This document shows positions 35,347-43,653 of a stretch of 64,000 nt of DNA, one piece after another. Origin of the DNA: Fibrobacter sp. (lineage in GTDB: Bacteria > Fibrobacterota > Fibrobacteria > Fibrobacterales > Fibrobacteraceae); NCBI GenBank assembly GCA_024398875.1, contig JAKSIJ010000006.1:59802-123801 (forward strand), read 5' to 3'. How positions within the stretch are numbered: the first letter of the stretch is position 1; each line of letters begins with the position of its first letter. The notes below the pieces were generated by a model. It saw only the letters and a list, made by a program, of their open reading frames with translations, had not been told where the DNA came from and searched no databases. A program made the position numbers and the translations under genes.

Positions 35347-36426
35347 TTAGAGAGACTGACGCTTTTGCTGCAGATAGAGATCGGCTAGCACCAACGCCGC
35401 CATACTTTCTACAATCACTGGAGCGCGAACAGCCACACAGGGGTCATGACGTCCTTTCGCCAAAAGTTCCCCATTCTCACCATCCCGACTAGCGGTCTTT
35501 TGAGATTGGGCAATTGTAGCCGTCGGCTTGAAGGCGATGCGGCAGAAGATATTCTCTCCATTGCTGATGCCGCCTACAGAACCGCCCGCATTATTCGTGC
35601 GGGTATGGAAGGCGCCATCAAAGAAGATTTCGTCATTATGCTCGCTACCCTTCATGCGGGCAGCCGCAAAACCGCTTCCGATTTCAAAGCCCTTGCTTGC
35701 CGGAATGGAAAGCATAGCTTGAGCAAGAAGCGCATCCAGGCGATCAAAAACGGGTTCGCCCAAACCAGCGGGTACATTCTTCACCAGAAGGCTCACAACG
35801 CCACCAATGCTATCCGCATTCTTCTTGGCATCTAAAATAGCCGCTTCCATCCGGGCAGAAGCATCTTTGTCCGGGCAACGAACCGCAGAAGCCTCAATAG
35901 CCTCGCGAGAAATCGCATCCGTTGTCATTGCAGGGCAATCTACATCGCCTACGGAACTGACCCAAGCCAGAAATTCCGTTCCTGCAACTTTTTCCAGCAA
36001 TTTCCGTGCCACCGCACCTGCGGCCACGCGACCGATGGTTTCGCGGGCAGAACTGCGGCCACCACCGCGATAATCCCTGAACCCATACTTCAAATCGTAG
36101 CTCAAATCCGCATGGCTCGGGCGGTACCATTTTTGCACATCGCTGTAATCGGCGCTGAGCTGGTCCTCATTGAAAACCACAAAACTGATGGGAGTTCCCG
36201 TGGTCTTCCCTTCAAAAACGCCAGAAAGAATCTTCACCTGGTCTTTTTCATTCCGAGTCGTAGTCACAGCACCTTGACCGGGGCGGCGGCGGTCCAGAAA
36301 TTCCTGAACATCCGCTTCTGTTAGGGGAATCCCTGCAGGGCAACCATCCACAACGGCCCCAACAGCGGGACCATGAGATTCACCCCATGTGGTTACCGTA
36401 AATAATTTTCCAAAGGAGCTAGACAT
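35347..36426 (-). CDS. aroC: Chorismate synthase
   Basis: TTWGESHG, RRRPGQ, GKTTGTPI, RPSHAD, GGGRSSARET, GGISNGE, GRHDPCV. Confidence 0.98.
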   Translation of the reverse strand: MSSSFGKLFTVTTWGESHGPAVGAVVDGCPAGIPLTEADVQEFLDRRRPGQGAVTTTRNEKDQVKILSGVFEGKTTGTPISFVVFNEDQLSADYSDVQKWYRPSHADLSYDLKYGFRDYRGGGRSSARETIGRVAAGAVARKLLEKVAGTEFLAWVSSVGDVDCPAMTTDAISREAIEASAVRCPDKDASARMEAAILDAKKNADSIGGVVSLLVKNVPAGLGEPVFDRLDALLAQAMLSIPASKGFEIGSGFAAARMKGSEHNDEIFFDGAFHTRTNNAGGSVGGISNGENIFCRIAFKPTATIAQSQKTASRDGENGELLAKGRHDPCVAVRAPVIVESMAALVLADLYLQQKRQSL

Positions 36427-36523
36427 GTTTCAAAATATAGATATTACAAAAAAAATCCACAAATACCCCTTAATTAAAACGAAGCCGTTTGCTATATTTC
36501 GCTTACATTTTTTGATTTTAACT

Positions 36524-37108
36524 ATGCTGAAGTCCGCATCTATCATACTGCTTTTTGTCCTCGCCATCAACGTGGAAGGTTTTGCGCAGGATTACAATAA
36601 ATTTGCGGGCATTCCCTTTGGTGCTACTCGCCAAACCGTTGCGGAAGAACTCCTCAAAAGAGGCTACGAACCCTACGGGCAAAGTTCCCACGGCAACATG
36701 GGGCTTTCCACCTACCAGTTCGGGGAATTGCTAGTCCAAATCGAATTTCTCTTCAACCAGAATGACAAATTCTACGCCTTTGAAATCCGCACTGGCAGAG
36801 TGGAAGAAGCTCGCCTCCCGAAAGTTTTCGAAGCAGTTTCTTACATGTCCGAACAGTTTGATTTGAAATACAAGAAGCATGCCAGCGATGCAACCCTTAC
36901 GGAAAAGGACTTACACGAAGGCCGTAATATTTATGAACAATGGTTTGGAGTCCGAGCGCTCGATGCCTACACATCCATCATAAAAACGGGCAGCCGCTAC
37001 CACGCCACTGGGTACGTGACCCACAGAGCGCTGGCAAAAGAAAAGAAAAACGAGAGCGGAGAAAAACTTCCGCCGCACCAGTATTCTAAAAATCAAAAAT
37101 ACAACTAA
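36524..37108 (+). CDS. Hypothetical secreted protein
   Basis: Signal peptide then FAGIPFG. ATG 36524 preferred because the 36389 start overlaps aroC. Confidence 0.65.
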   Translation: MLKSASIILLFVLAINVEGFAQDYNKFAGIPFGATRQTVAEELLKRGYEPYGQSSHGNMGLSTYQFGELLVQIEFLFNQNDKFYAFEIRTGRVEEARLPKVFEAVSYMSEQFDLKYKKHASDATLTEKDLHEGRNIYEQWFGVRALDAYTSIIKTGSRYHATGYVTHRALAKEKKNESGEKLPPHQYSKNQKYN

Positions 37109-37113
37109 GACAG

Positions 37114-37143
37114 GCCTCTACAACTAGAGGCTTTTTTATTTTT
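37114..37143. terminator. Intrinsic terminator between convergent genes
   Basis: GCCTCTA-CAAC-TAGAGGC followed by T runs. Confidence 0.7.
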
Positions 37144-37543
37144 TCTGAGCGCAGTGATTACACAGTCCATGCAAATAAAGAGCAGCGCCCTTCAAAACAT
37201 AACCCTTGGGGAGCATGGATTCGCAATCCTTCGGGGATTCAAAAATGTCCGTCACCTGACCGCAGGCATTGCACATGAAGTGGCTGTGCGGTTCCGTCGT
37301 TGCGTCGTAACGGAGAAAGCCCTCTCCAAAATCCAGCGTCAGCACCAGGCCCTTGCTATCCAAAAGTTCCAGCGTGTTATAGACGGTGGTTCGGGACATG
37401 TTGGGGTACCGCTCCTGCAAAGCCTGATAAATGGTATCTACGGAGGGGTGCGTCGTCACGTCCATCAAATACCGCAAAACCTCCACCCGCTGGATGGAAG
37501 GCCTAATGCCACGTTCTTGCAACAGAATAACAGGATTTTGCAT
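37136..37543 (-). CDS. perR: Fur-family peroxide regulator
   Basis: RPSIQR, HPSVDTIY, SRTTVYNTL, RYD..HSHFMCNACG, HGLCNHC; downstream of rubrerythrin. Confidence 0.85.
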   Translation of the reverse strand: MQNPVILLQERGIRPSIQRVEVLRYLMDVTTHPSVDTIYQALQERYPNMSRTTVYNTLELLDSKGLVLTLDFGEGFLRYDATTEPHSHFMCNACGQVTDIFESPKDCESMLPKGYVLKGAALYLHGLCNHCAQKK

Positions 37544-37595
37544 ACAACCTAAAATATAAAAAAGGCGAGTCCCAAAGGGACCCACCTACACCCAA

Positions 37596-38153
37596 TTACT
37601 TGAAGTAACGGCCCAGTAGACCCTGGAAGGCGCTTCCGTGACGGGCTTCGTCCTTGCACATTTCATGAACGGTGTCATGAATGGCATCATAACCCAGTTC
37701 CTTGGCGCGCTTAGCGAGAGCAAGTTTGCCCTCGGTAGCACCCGCTTCGGCAGCTACGCGGAGTTCCAAGTTCTTCTTGGTGTCCGGGAACACCACTTCT
37801 CCCAGAAGTTCCGCAAACTTGGCGGCGTGTTCCGCTTCTTCAAAAGCGATGCGCTTGTAGGCTTCCGCCACTTCAGGATAGCCCTCACGATCAGCCTGAC
37901 GGCTCATGGCCAAGTACATGCCCACCTCGGTACATTCGCCGGCGAAGTTCTCCTTGAGACCCTGCACCACCTCGGCATCGAGACCCTGGGCAATACCCAC
38001 CTTATGTTCATCAGCCCAAACAATCTTACCACCAGCAGGCTGTTCCACCTTCTCAAAGAACTTGCTCTTGGGAGCATGGCACTGCGGGCATTCCTCCGGA
38101 GCTTCCGGACCCATGTGCACATAACCGCAAACCTTACAAACCCATACCTTCAT
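37596..38153 (-). CDS. rbr: Rubrerythrin with N-terminal rubredoxin-like domain (reverse rubrerythrin)
   Basis: [37 protein letters not shown]. Confidence 0.93.
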   Translation of the reverse strand: MKVWVCKVCGYVHMGPEAPEECPQCHAPKSKFFEKVEQPAGGKIVWADEHKVGIAQGLDAEVVQGLKENFAGECTEVGMYLAMSRQADREGYPEVAEAYKRIAFEEAEHAAKFAELLGEVVFPDTKKNLELRVAAEAGATEGKLALAKRAKELGYDAIHDTVHEMCKDEARHGSAFQGLLGRYFK

Positions 38154-38210
38154 TTTTCACTCCTTTCCGCCTCGCGGAATCTTAGTTGTTTATTCACTTG
38201 TTTGTTATTT

Positions 38211-38225
38211 TTGTAATAATTACAA
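38211..38225. promoter_or_regulatory. PerR/Fur-type 7-1-7 operator TTGTAAT-A-ATTACAA
   Basis: Perfect palindrome 58-72 nt upstream of the rbr-perR operon; resembles the Per box TTATAATnATTATAA. Confidence 0.7.
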
Positions 38226-38271
38226 TATAACAAATACAACAAGAGAGTGTCAAGGGGTATTTTAAGAAAAA

Positions 38272-38928
38272 TTATCCTTTGAAGGTATCCAAGGCCTCGT
38301 TGGGGCCAATCAGGAACAATACGTCCTGCTCCTGGAGCACATAATCGGCGATATTACCAATCTTGGGAGTGGGTTCCAAAGGATCACGAATGGCAATGAC
38401 CTGCACGCCATACTTGTGAGTCAAGGAAAGCTCTTTCAAAGTCTTTCCGATGAAATCCTTGGGGCACACAATCTCCACGATGGAGAAGCCTTCCATGAAG
38501 GGGAGGTAATCCAACATGTTGGGGCGATTGAGCCGCTCCGCCAGAGAAACAGCCATGTCTCGCTCCGGATGGAAGATGTCTTCCACGCCGAGTTTTTCAA
38601 GAATGACGGTATGTTCCGGGCTGCTGGACTTCGCAATGATGTTCTTAACGCCAAGCTCCTTCAAATTGAGAATCGTGAGGAGAGAGGCTTCCAAGTCCTC
38701 GCCAATGCAGCAGATGACTGCATCCACCTTAGAAAGGGGCAAGGCCTGCAACTGCTTTTTGCGGGTGCCATCGGCCACCACCGCCTGAGAGACAGAGCTG
38801 GAAATGTCCTGAATCTTTTCGGGACTGGGGTCAATGACCATCACATCATGACCCAAAGCCGTCAAATGTCTAGCCAGAAAATACCCAGTATTCCCGAGGC
38901 CGATTACTACGAATTGTTTTGAAGCCAT
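38272..38928 (-). CDS. ktrA: TrkA/KtrA potassium uptake regulatory subunit
   Basis: VIGLGNTG NAD-binding motif, IIAKSS, IFHPERDMA, C-terminal TrkA-C domain. Confidence 0.88.
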   Translation of the reverse strand: MASKQFVVIGLGNTGYFLARHLTALGHDVMVIDPSPEKIQDISSSVSQAVVADGTRKKQLQALPLSKVDAVICCIGEDLEASLLTILNLKELGVKNIIAKSSSPEHTVILEKLGVEDIFHPERDMAVSLAERLNRPNMLDYLPFMEGFSIVEIVCPKDFIGKTLKELSLTHKYGVQVIAIRDPLEPTPKIGNIADYVLQEQDVLFLIGPNEALDTFKG

Positions 38929-38933
38929 AATGT

Positions 38934-39596
38934 TTACACCACTCGAAGAACTTCTTGTGTCGTCTGATCGCAGAAGGAATTATCCTGCACCAGGCGGCGC
39001 ACTTCCATAGGATTCACGCGAGCGTAGGCGATGAGAGCCTTCCCAATGCCGTTCCGGATATAATATTCGTCATCCTGAGCGCAGGTGAGGCAGAACTGCC
39101 GGAGAAGCGGCCAGTCGGTACGAGCGTTATACTGAATCTGGAAGATGATGGCACTGCGGCGCACCCACACATTGGGGTCGCGAATCCAAGCCGTAATCTT
39201 GGAACGGAGTGCAGGAAGTCTCAAAACCAAGTCCCCAAGAATGCAAGTGGCAATGGTATCCACCGTATCGCGCCAGGCACGGGTCTTGATGAGCTTCTTC
39301 AAAAAGTTCAGATGTTGCCCTCCAAGCATCTCCTTATGACGGAAGAGATAATCGCAGGCGGCATACTGAATCTCGCGGTAGGGCTGTGACCACATGTCCT
39401 CCACCCGATTCACAAGTTCCACATCCGTCTTGGGCGGGTTCCTGTCAAAGATGGGGTACGTAACTTCACGACGCGGCACCACGTTGATTCCTAAAAAGTC
39501 AAATTGTTCGCGCGCCTTCTTGGACATTTCGTGAGATTCTTCTTCGTTGGCGATGGAGCGCAAAGCGAGCAGTATTTCTTGTGTAAACCGTAACAT
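38934..39596 (-). CDS. DNA alkylation repair protein (AlkD-like)
   Basis: FLGINVVPRR, REIQYAA, AWRDTVDT, NVWVRRSAI, EYYIRNGIGKAL. Start at 39596 or 39605. Confidence 0.8.
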   Translation of the reverse strand: MLRFTQEILLALRSIANEEESHEMSKKAREQFDFLGINVVPRREVTYPIFDRNPPKTDVELVNRVEDMWSQPYREIQYAACDYLFRHKEMLGGQHLNFLKKLIKTRAWRDTVDTIATCILGDLVLRLPALRSKITAWIRDPNVWVRRSAIIFQIQYNARTDWPLLRQFCLTCAQDDEYYIRNGIGKALIAYARVNPMEVRRLVQDNSFCDQTTQEVLRVV

Positions 39597-39748
39597 CGCT
39601 CTCAAAGATAGTCCAGAATAAATTTATTTTCTAGGTCTTGACAAGCATTTTTTTTCACTTTTTTTTAAATTTCTTCTAGTTTTTTACAAAAAAACACAAA
39701 AAACACTCTTGACAAATTAAAAAAGCATCTATTTAATCCGATATTTAC

Positions 39749-40444
39749 ATGGAAAAGCCCAAAAACAGCCTACCTGTTATAGAGGTCCCGCCTGAACTCC
39801 GGGGCCCTTCCGACGAAGAAATTCTGCAAATGTCCGAGTCAAACGACTCCCCCAAAAGACGAAATTCCGCCAGACGCCCCTCCAAGAGAGAGCGCATGGA
39901 GCTGAAAAAACGGAAGGCTCTTGGAATCATGAAGACCATGGCCGAAAAAACGGTGGCCCGCACCGAAAATATCTCTAGTACTATTAAAAGCGCCGCGGCG
40001 GCAGCAACCGCCGCCGCCAATACCGCATTGAATTTCGCACGGGAGACGGAAATCAAAACCGGAACGCTTTCCGATGCCCGCAAAAAACTGGAAACCCTGT
40101 TCACTGCAAAGAAAGAGGTAGTCGCCCAGAAAGCCGCCCAGGTGGTCAAGACCGTCATTCATGAAGCCCCGAAGATTCCAGCTTCGGGCCGCGTCATCCG
40201 CGGAGCCTTCGGAGCAAAAGGCGCCATCCTCAAGGCAGAAATCATCTCCTCCGCAGATTTGGCCAAGAAACGCATGGAAGAGAAGGCGAAGAAAATCCGT
40301 GCAGCACTTTTCGCAAAGAAATCCGCCGAAGCTGGCACTGGGACCGCCACCGCTAGCCAAAGCAGCGCCACCGATGGAGTAGTTCCCGTGAAGCGCCCCC
40401 GTGGCCGCCCCCGCAAGAACCCCCTCCCACCAGAAAATCCGTAA
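39749..40444 (+). CDS. Basic Ala/Lys-rich protein with a C-terminal AT-hook
   Basis: KRPRGRPRK near the C-terminus; upstream TTGACA-17-TTTAAT (39709-39737); terminator downstream. Confidence 0.65.
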   Translation: MEKPKNSLPVIEVPPELRGPSDEEILQMSESNDSPKRRNSARRPSKRERMELKKRKALGIMKTMAEKTVARTENISSTIKSAAAAATAAANTALNFARETEIKTGTLSDARKKLETLFTAKKEVVAQKAAQVVKTVIHEAPKIPASGRVIRGAFGAKGAILKAEIISSADLAKKRMEEKAKKIRAALFAKKSAEAGTGTATASQSSATDGVVPVKRPRGRPRKNPLPPENP

Positions 40445-40474
40445 TTCGGAAAATCGTGCAATTTTGTAAATAAC

Positions 40475-40508
40475 AAAAAACTCCTGGATTCACTTCCAGG
40501 AGTTTTTT
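40475..40508 (+). terminator. Intrinsic terminator
   Basis: AAAAAACTCCTGGA-TTCACT-TCCAGGAGTTTTTT. Confidence 0.8.
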
Positions 40509-40653
40509 GAGAGGCAACGATCAGACTCGAACTGATGAATAAGGCTTTTGCAGAGCCGCCCCTTACCAACTTGGGTACGTCGCCATTGTGGGGGTCAATA
40601 TAGGTAAATCCCTTTTCTTTTTCAAGGGTTGGGGAAAATTCTATCTTTGAAAC

Positions 40654-41205
40654 ATGCAGTTTGCCAGCTTGAAATCCCGAATTCTCCTGATTTTGGCCTC
40701 CCTCTGGGTCCGAAGCCTCAGAATCCGGCTCCACGCCCCAGCGGATTACCGCCCCGGAGTCCTGGGACTGTGGCATCGGGATTTGCTGGCCAGCACCGCC
40801 TGCTTCAAGAATAAAGACGTCCATGTGCTGATTTCGGAATCCAAGGATGGGGAATTTTTTGCGAAACTGGTTGCAAAACTTGGGTACAAAGTCACCCGAG
40901 GGTCCGACAGCCACGGCGCCCTCAACGTGCGGCACCTTCTGCGGACATTGAAAGAGGATGGGTTTGTGGGAATGGCCCTAGACGGCCCCCGCGGTCCGGC
41001 ACTTGAAGTCAAGCCCGGATCTTATTGGCTCGCTGAAACAGCAAACCGCCCCCTGTGGCTTATCGAGCCCCATTATGGGCCTCATTTTTCTCTAAAATCC
41101 TGGGATAAATTCATCGTTCCCTTGCCCCTGACAGCGATTGACATTCAAATTAAATATCTTTCGGACGTAGTTGAACATTCTAACCTAAAAGGAAAACAGC
41201 CGTGA
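40654..41205 (+). CDS. DUF374 / lysophospholipid acyltransferase-like protein
   Basis: WH, LISESKDGE, VTRGS, ALDGPRGP, LKSWDKFIVPLP. Confidence 0.82.
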   Translation: MQFASLKSRILLILASLWVRSLRIRLHAPADYRPGVLGLWHRDLLASTACFKNKDVHVLISESKDGEFFAKLVAKLGYKVTRGSDSHGALNVRHLLRTLKEDGFVGMALDGPRGPALEVKPGSYWLAETANRPLWLIEPHYGPHFSLKSWDKFIVPLPLTAIDIQIKYLSDVVEHSNLKGKQP

Positions 41206-41867
41206 TTGCAATGCCGCCTAAATTTGTCGCTTTTGACCTGGAAACGACTGGACTTGTTTGTGGAAAAGATGAAATTATCGAAATCGGTGCCGTGAAATTC
41301 ACCGTGGAAACCAAGGCCGGACGCGTGGTTCCCAAAATCGAGAAGGAATTCGAAACCTTCGTGAAGCCGAGCATGATGATTCCTGCCGAAGCTTCCAGCG
41401 TGAACCACATTACCGACGCCATGGTGGAAAACGCTCCTCTTCCGGGCGAAGCCATCAAGAACTTTGCAAACTTCTGCGGGCAGGGTTCCATCCTCCTCGC
41501 CCACAACGCCAATTTCGACTCCAGTTTTTTGCGGGATGCCTACAAGAAGAATCCGCAGTTCGTGCCCGGGAACCCCATCGTGGATAGCCTCGCCATCGCC
41601 CGCACCATTCTGCCGGAACTCACCGACGAAACGGGCAAGCACAACCACAAGCTGGGCTTTTTAGCCAACATGTTCAAGCGCCGGAATGAAATCGCCATGA
41701 GCATTGATTCCGACAAGATGCACCGTGCGGTCTATGACTGCGAAATGCTGATGGAAGTGTTTGTGGCGCTGCTCCGCCGCCGCCTGAAAGAGAAGGACTG
41801 GGAGATGGGGAGCATTATGCAGGCCATGGCCAAGTATAAAGGCATCCCACAGTTCCTGAACAAATAA
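41202..41867 (+). CDS. DEDDh 3'-5' exonuclease (DnaQ-like)
   Basis: FDLETTG, EIIEIGAV, AHNANFD, DSL, HRAVYD; GTG start overlapping the DUF374 stop. Confidence 0.92.
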   Translation: MIAMPPKFVAFDLETTGLVCGKDEIIEIGAVKFTVETKAGRVVPKIEKEFETFVKPSMMIPAEASSVNHITDAMVENAPLPGEAIKNFANFCGQGSILLAHNANFDSSFLRDAYKKNPQFVPGNPIVDSLAIARTILPELTDETGKHNHKLGFLANMFKRRNEIAMSIDSDKMHRAVYDCEMLMEVFVALLRRRLKEKDWEMGSIMQAMAKYKGIPQFLNK

Positions 41868-42190
41868 TGCAGAATGCTGAATGCGGAATGATGAATTAAT
41901 CGCGGGCAATGACGCGTCCGAGGCTTCTCATAATTCATACTTCGTAATTAATAATTTTTGGATTGCCGCGCTACGCTCGCAATGACGCTTACGAAGCAAT
42001 TCACAATTCAAAATTTAAAATTCAAAATTCACAATTATCTTATGAGAGTTCTTCGTCAGAAGCCTCTCGTACTTCATACTTCATAACTCATAATTTATAA
42101 TTAGTGCTTCGCACTCATTTTGACTTCGGCTCGGAAGCGCCCAAGCAAGCTTGGTCGTTTCACTCGCCTCGACAAAATTCATAATTACAT
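41866..42190. repeat. Modular intergenic repeat, copy B: four heptamer arrays interleaved with hairpin modules
   Basis: AATGCAG/AATGCTG/AATGCGG/AATGATG; CTCATAA/TTCATAC/TTCGTAA; AATTCAC/AATTCAA/AATTTAA; CTCGTAC/TTCATAC/TTCATAA arrays; REP-like GGATTGCCGCGCTACGCTCGCAATGAC; 43-bp module. Confidence 0.85.
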
Positions 42191-42400
42191 TATGGGCGTT
42201 GGTTCGTTACAGACTGTAACCCAGTATTCGCCCTCGCACCCAGAGACGCAGGACCCGTCGTGAATCTCCCTCCGGTCCAGTTTGATGACATTGGCATCAT
42301 TGCAGAGATTGCTTTTTGTCCGCTGCTCCGAATAGGTGTCCGGAGCGCAAGCCATAAAAAGACTGCATAAAATACACAAAACACCGCCATGCGTTAGCAT
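42185..42400 (-). CDS. Small Cys-rich putative lipoprotein (71 aa)
   Basis: MLTHGGVLCILCSLFMA-C lipobox and four further Cys; directly downstream of rpmB. Confidence 0.5.
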   Translation of the reverse strand: MLTHGGVLCILCSLFMACAPDTYSEQRTKSNLCNDANVIKLDRREIHDGSCVSGCEGEYWVTVCNEPTPIM

Positions 42401-42431
42401 AGCGGCTTTGCGAAAATTTCTATTGAAGAAA

Positions 42432-42653
42432 TTAGATGCCAAGTTCAGCAGCGACGGCCTGAATGCCACGCTTGCTGATGGTACGGAGACCAGCGGCACT
42501 GACGCGGAGGGTAACCCAGCGGTCTTCTTCAGGAATATAGAAACGCTTCTTCTGGAGGTTGGGAAGCTGCTTCATCAACTTCTTACGATTGGAGTGGGAA
42601 ACCATGTTACCCACGAGGCCGGCTTTTCCGGTGACTTCACAAATACGGCTCAT
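42432..42653 (-). CDS. rpmB: 50S ribosomal protein L28
   Basis: [39 protein letters not shown]. Confidence 0.97.
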   Translation of the reverse strand: MSRICEVTGKAGLVGNMVSHSNRKKLMKQLPNLQKKRFYIPEEDRWVTLRVSAAGLRTISKRGIQAVAAELGI

Positions 42654-42720
42654 AATAAACTCCGTTGTTTTTTATCGTGCCCAATTTTAGTTAAAACGGG
42701 CCTTTTTGTCAAGATGGGAA

Positions 42721-43653
42721 TCAATCTTGTAACTCTTTGGGCAGGTTAAACTTAGTCGATTCCACCAATTTTACGAAATTTTCGATTTCTATAGGCCCAA
42801 ATTTGACTTTGAGCCAGTCCACCACCTCTTGAACCAGCACCTCAGGTGCGCTGGCCCCACTGGAAAGTCCAACGGTCTCTATGCCATCGAACCAGGCCAT
42901 GTCCAGGTCTTCCACAGAGTCAATCAGGTGGCTCGGAATACCCTGTTCCTGCCCCAGTTCCATCAGACGGGAGGAATTGGAGGAGTTTTTGGCCCCCACC
43001 ACTAGGAGCATGTCCACCTTGCTACAGAGGTCCAGAACGGCAGACTGGCGGTTCCCGGTAGCATAGCAGAGGTCGCCAGCATCCGGACCGATAATTCCCG
43101 GGAACTTGGTCTTCAGAGCCTCGATAATCTTGCGGGTCTCGGCCACAGAAAGCGTGGTCTGGGTGATATAGGCCAGTTCCTTGCCTGCGGGAACCTGAAG
43201 ATTTTCCACATCGGTCTCGTTGCGGATGAGGGTGATGGAACCTTCCGGCAACTGGCCCAAGGTGCCTTCCACCTCGGCATGGCCCGCGTGCCCAATCAAA
43301 ATGATATGGCGCCCGGCGTTGTAGTGGCGCTTGGCGCTGTAATGGACCCGAAGCACTAGAGGGCAGCTGGCATCCAGAACTTTCAAATGGCGAGCTTCCG
43401 CATCCGCATAAATCTTCTCTGCCACACCATGGGCCGAGAAAATCACCACGGAACCTTCCGGAACCTCATCCACCTCGTCCACAAAAATCACGCCCTTGGA
43501 TTTCAGGGTCTCCACCACAAAACGGTTGTGCACAATTTCATGACGGACATAGATGGGCGTACCAAACTTTTCAATAGCCTTCTCCACCACATGGATGGCC
43601 CGGTCCACTCCGGCGCAAAAACCGCGGGGCGTTGCAAGAACCAGCTTTTTCAC
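42721..43653 (-). CDS. ispH: 4-hydroxy-3-methylbut-2-enyl diphosphate reductase
   Basis: PRGFCAGVDRAI, IVHN, FSAHGV, DASCPLV, GHAGHAEVEG, TQTT, CYATGNRQ, SSNSSRL. Confidence 0.98.
   Translation of the reverse strand: MKKLVLATPRGFCAGVDRAIHVVEKAIEKFGTPIYVRHEIVHNRFVVETLKSKGVIFVDEVDEVPEGSVVIFSAHGVAEKIYADAEARHLKVLDASCPLVLRVHYSAKRHYNAGRHIILIGHAGHAEVEGTLGQLPEGSITLIRNETDVENLQVPAGKELAYITQTTLSVAETRKIIEALKTKFPGIIGPDAGDLCYATGNRQSAVLDLCSKVDMLLVVGAKNSSNSSRLMELGQEQGIPSHLIDSVEDLDMAWFDGIETVGLSSGASAPEVLVQEVVDWLKVKFGPIEIENFVKLVESTKFNLPKELQD

Noticed and set aside
39638-39671. Phase-variable promoter through poly-T tracts
   Set aside because: The T8 runs are short, and a complete downstream promoter (39709-39737) already explains expression; no evidence of slippage in a single sequence.
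41866-42190. Repeat mosaic read as a CRISPR array, IS or MITE
   Set aside because: Units are 7-bp tandem arrays with no constant repeat-spacer period, terminal inverted repeats, target duplication or transposase.
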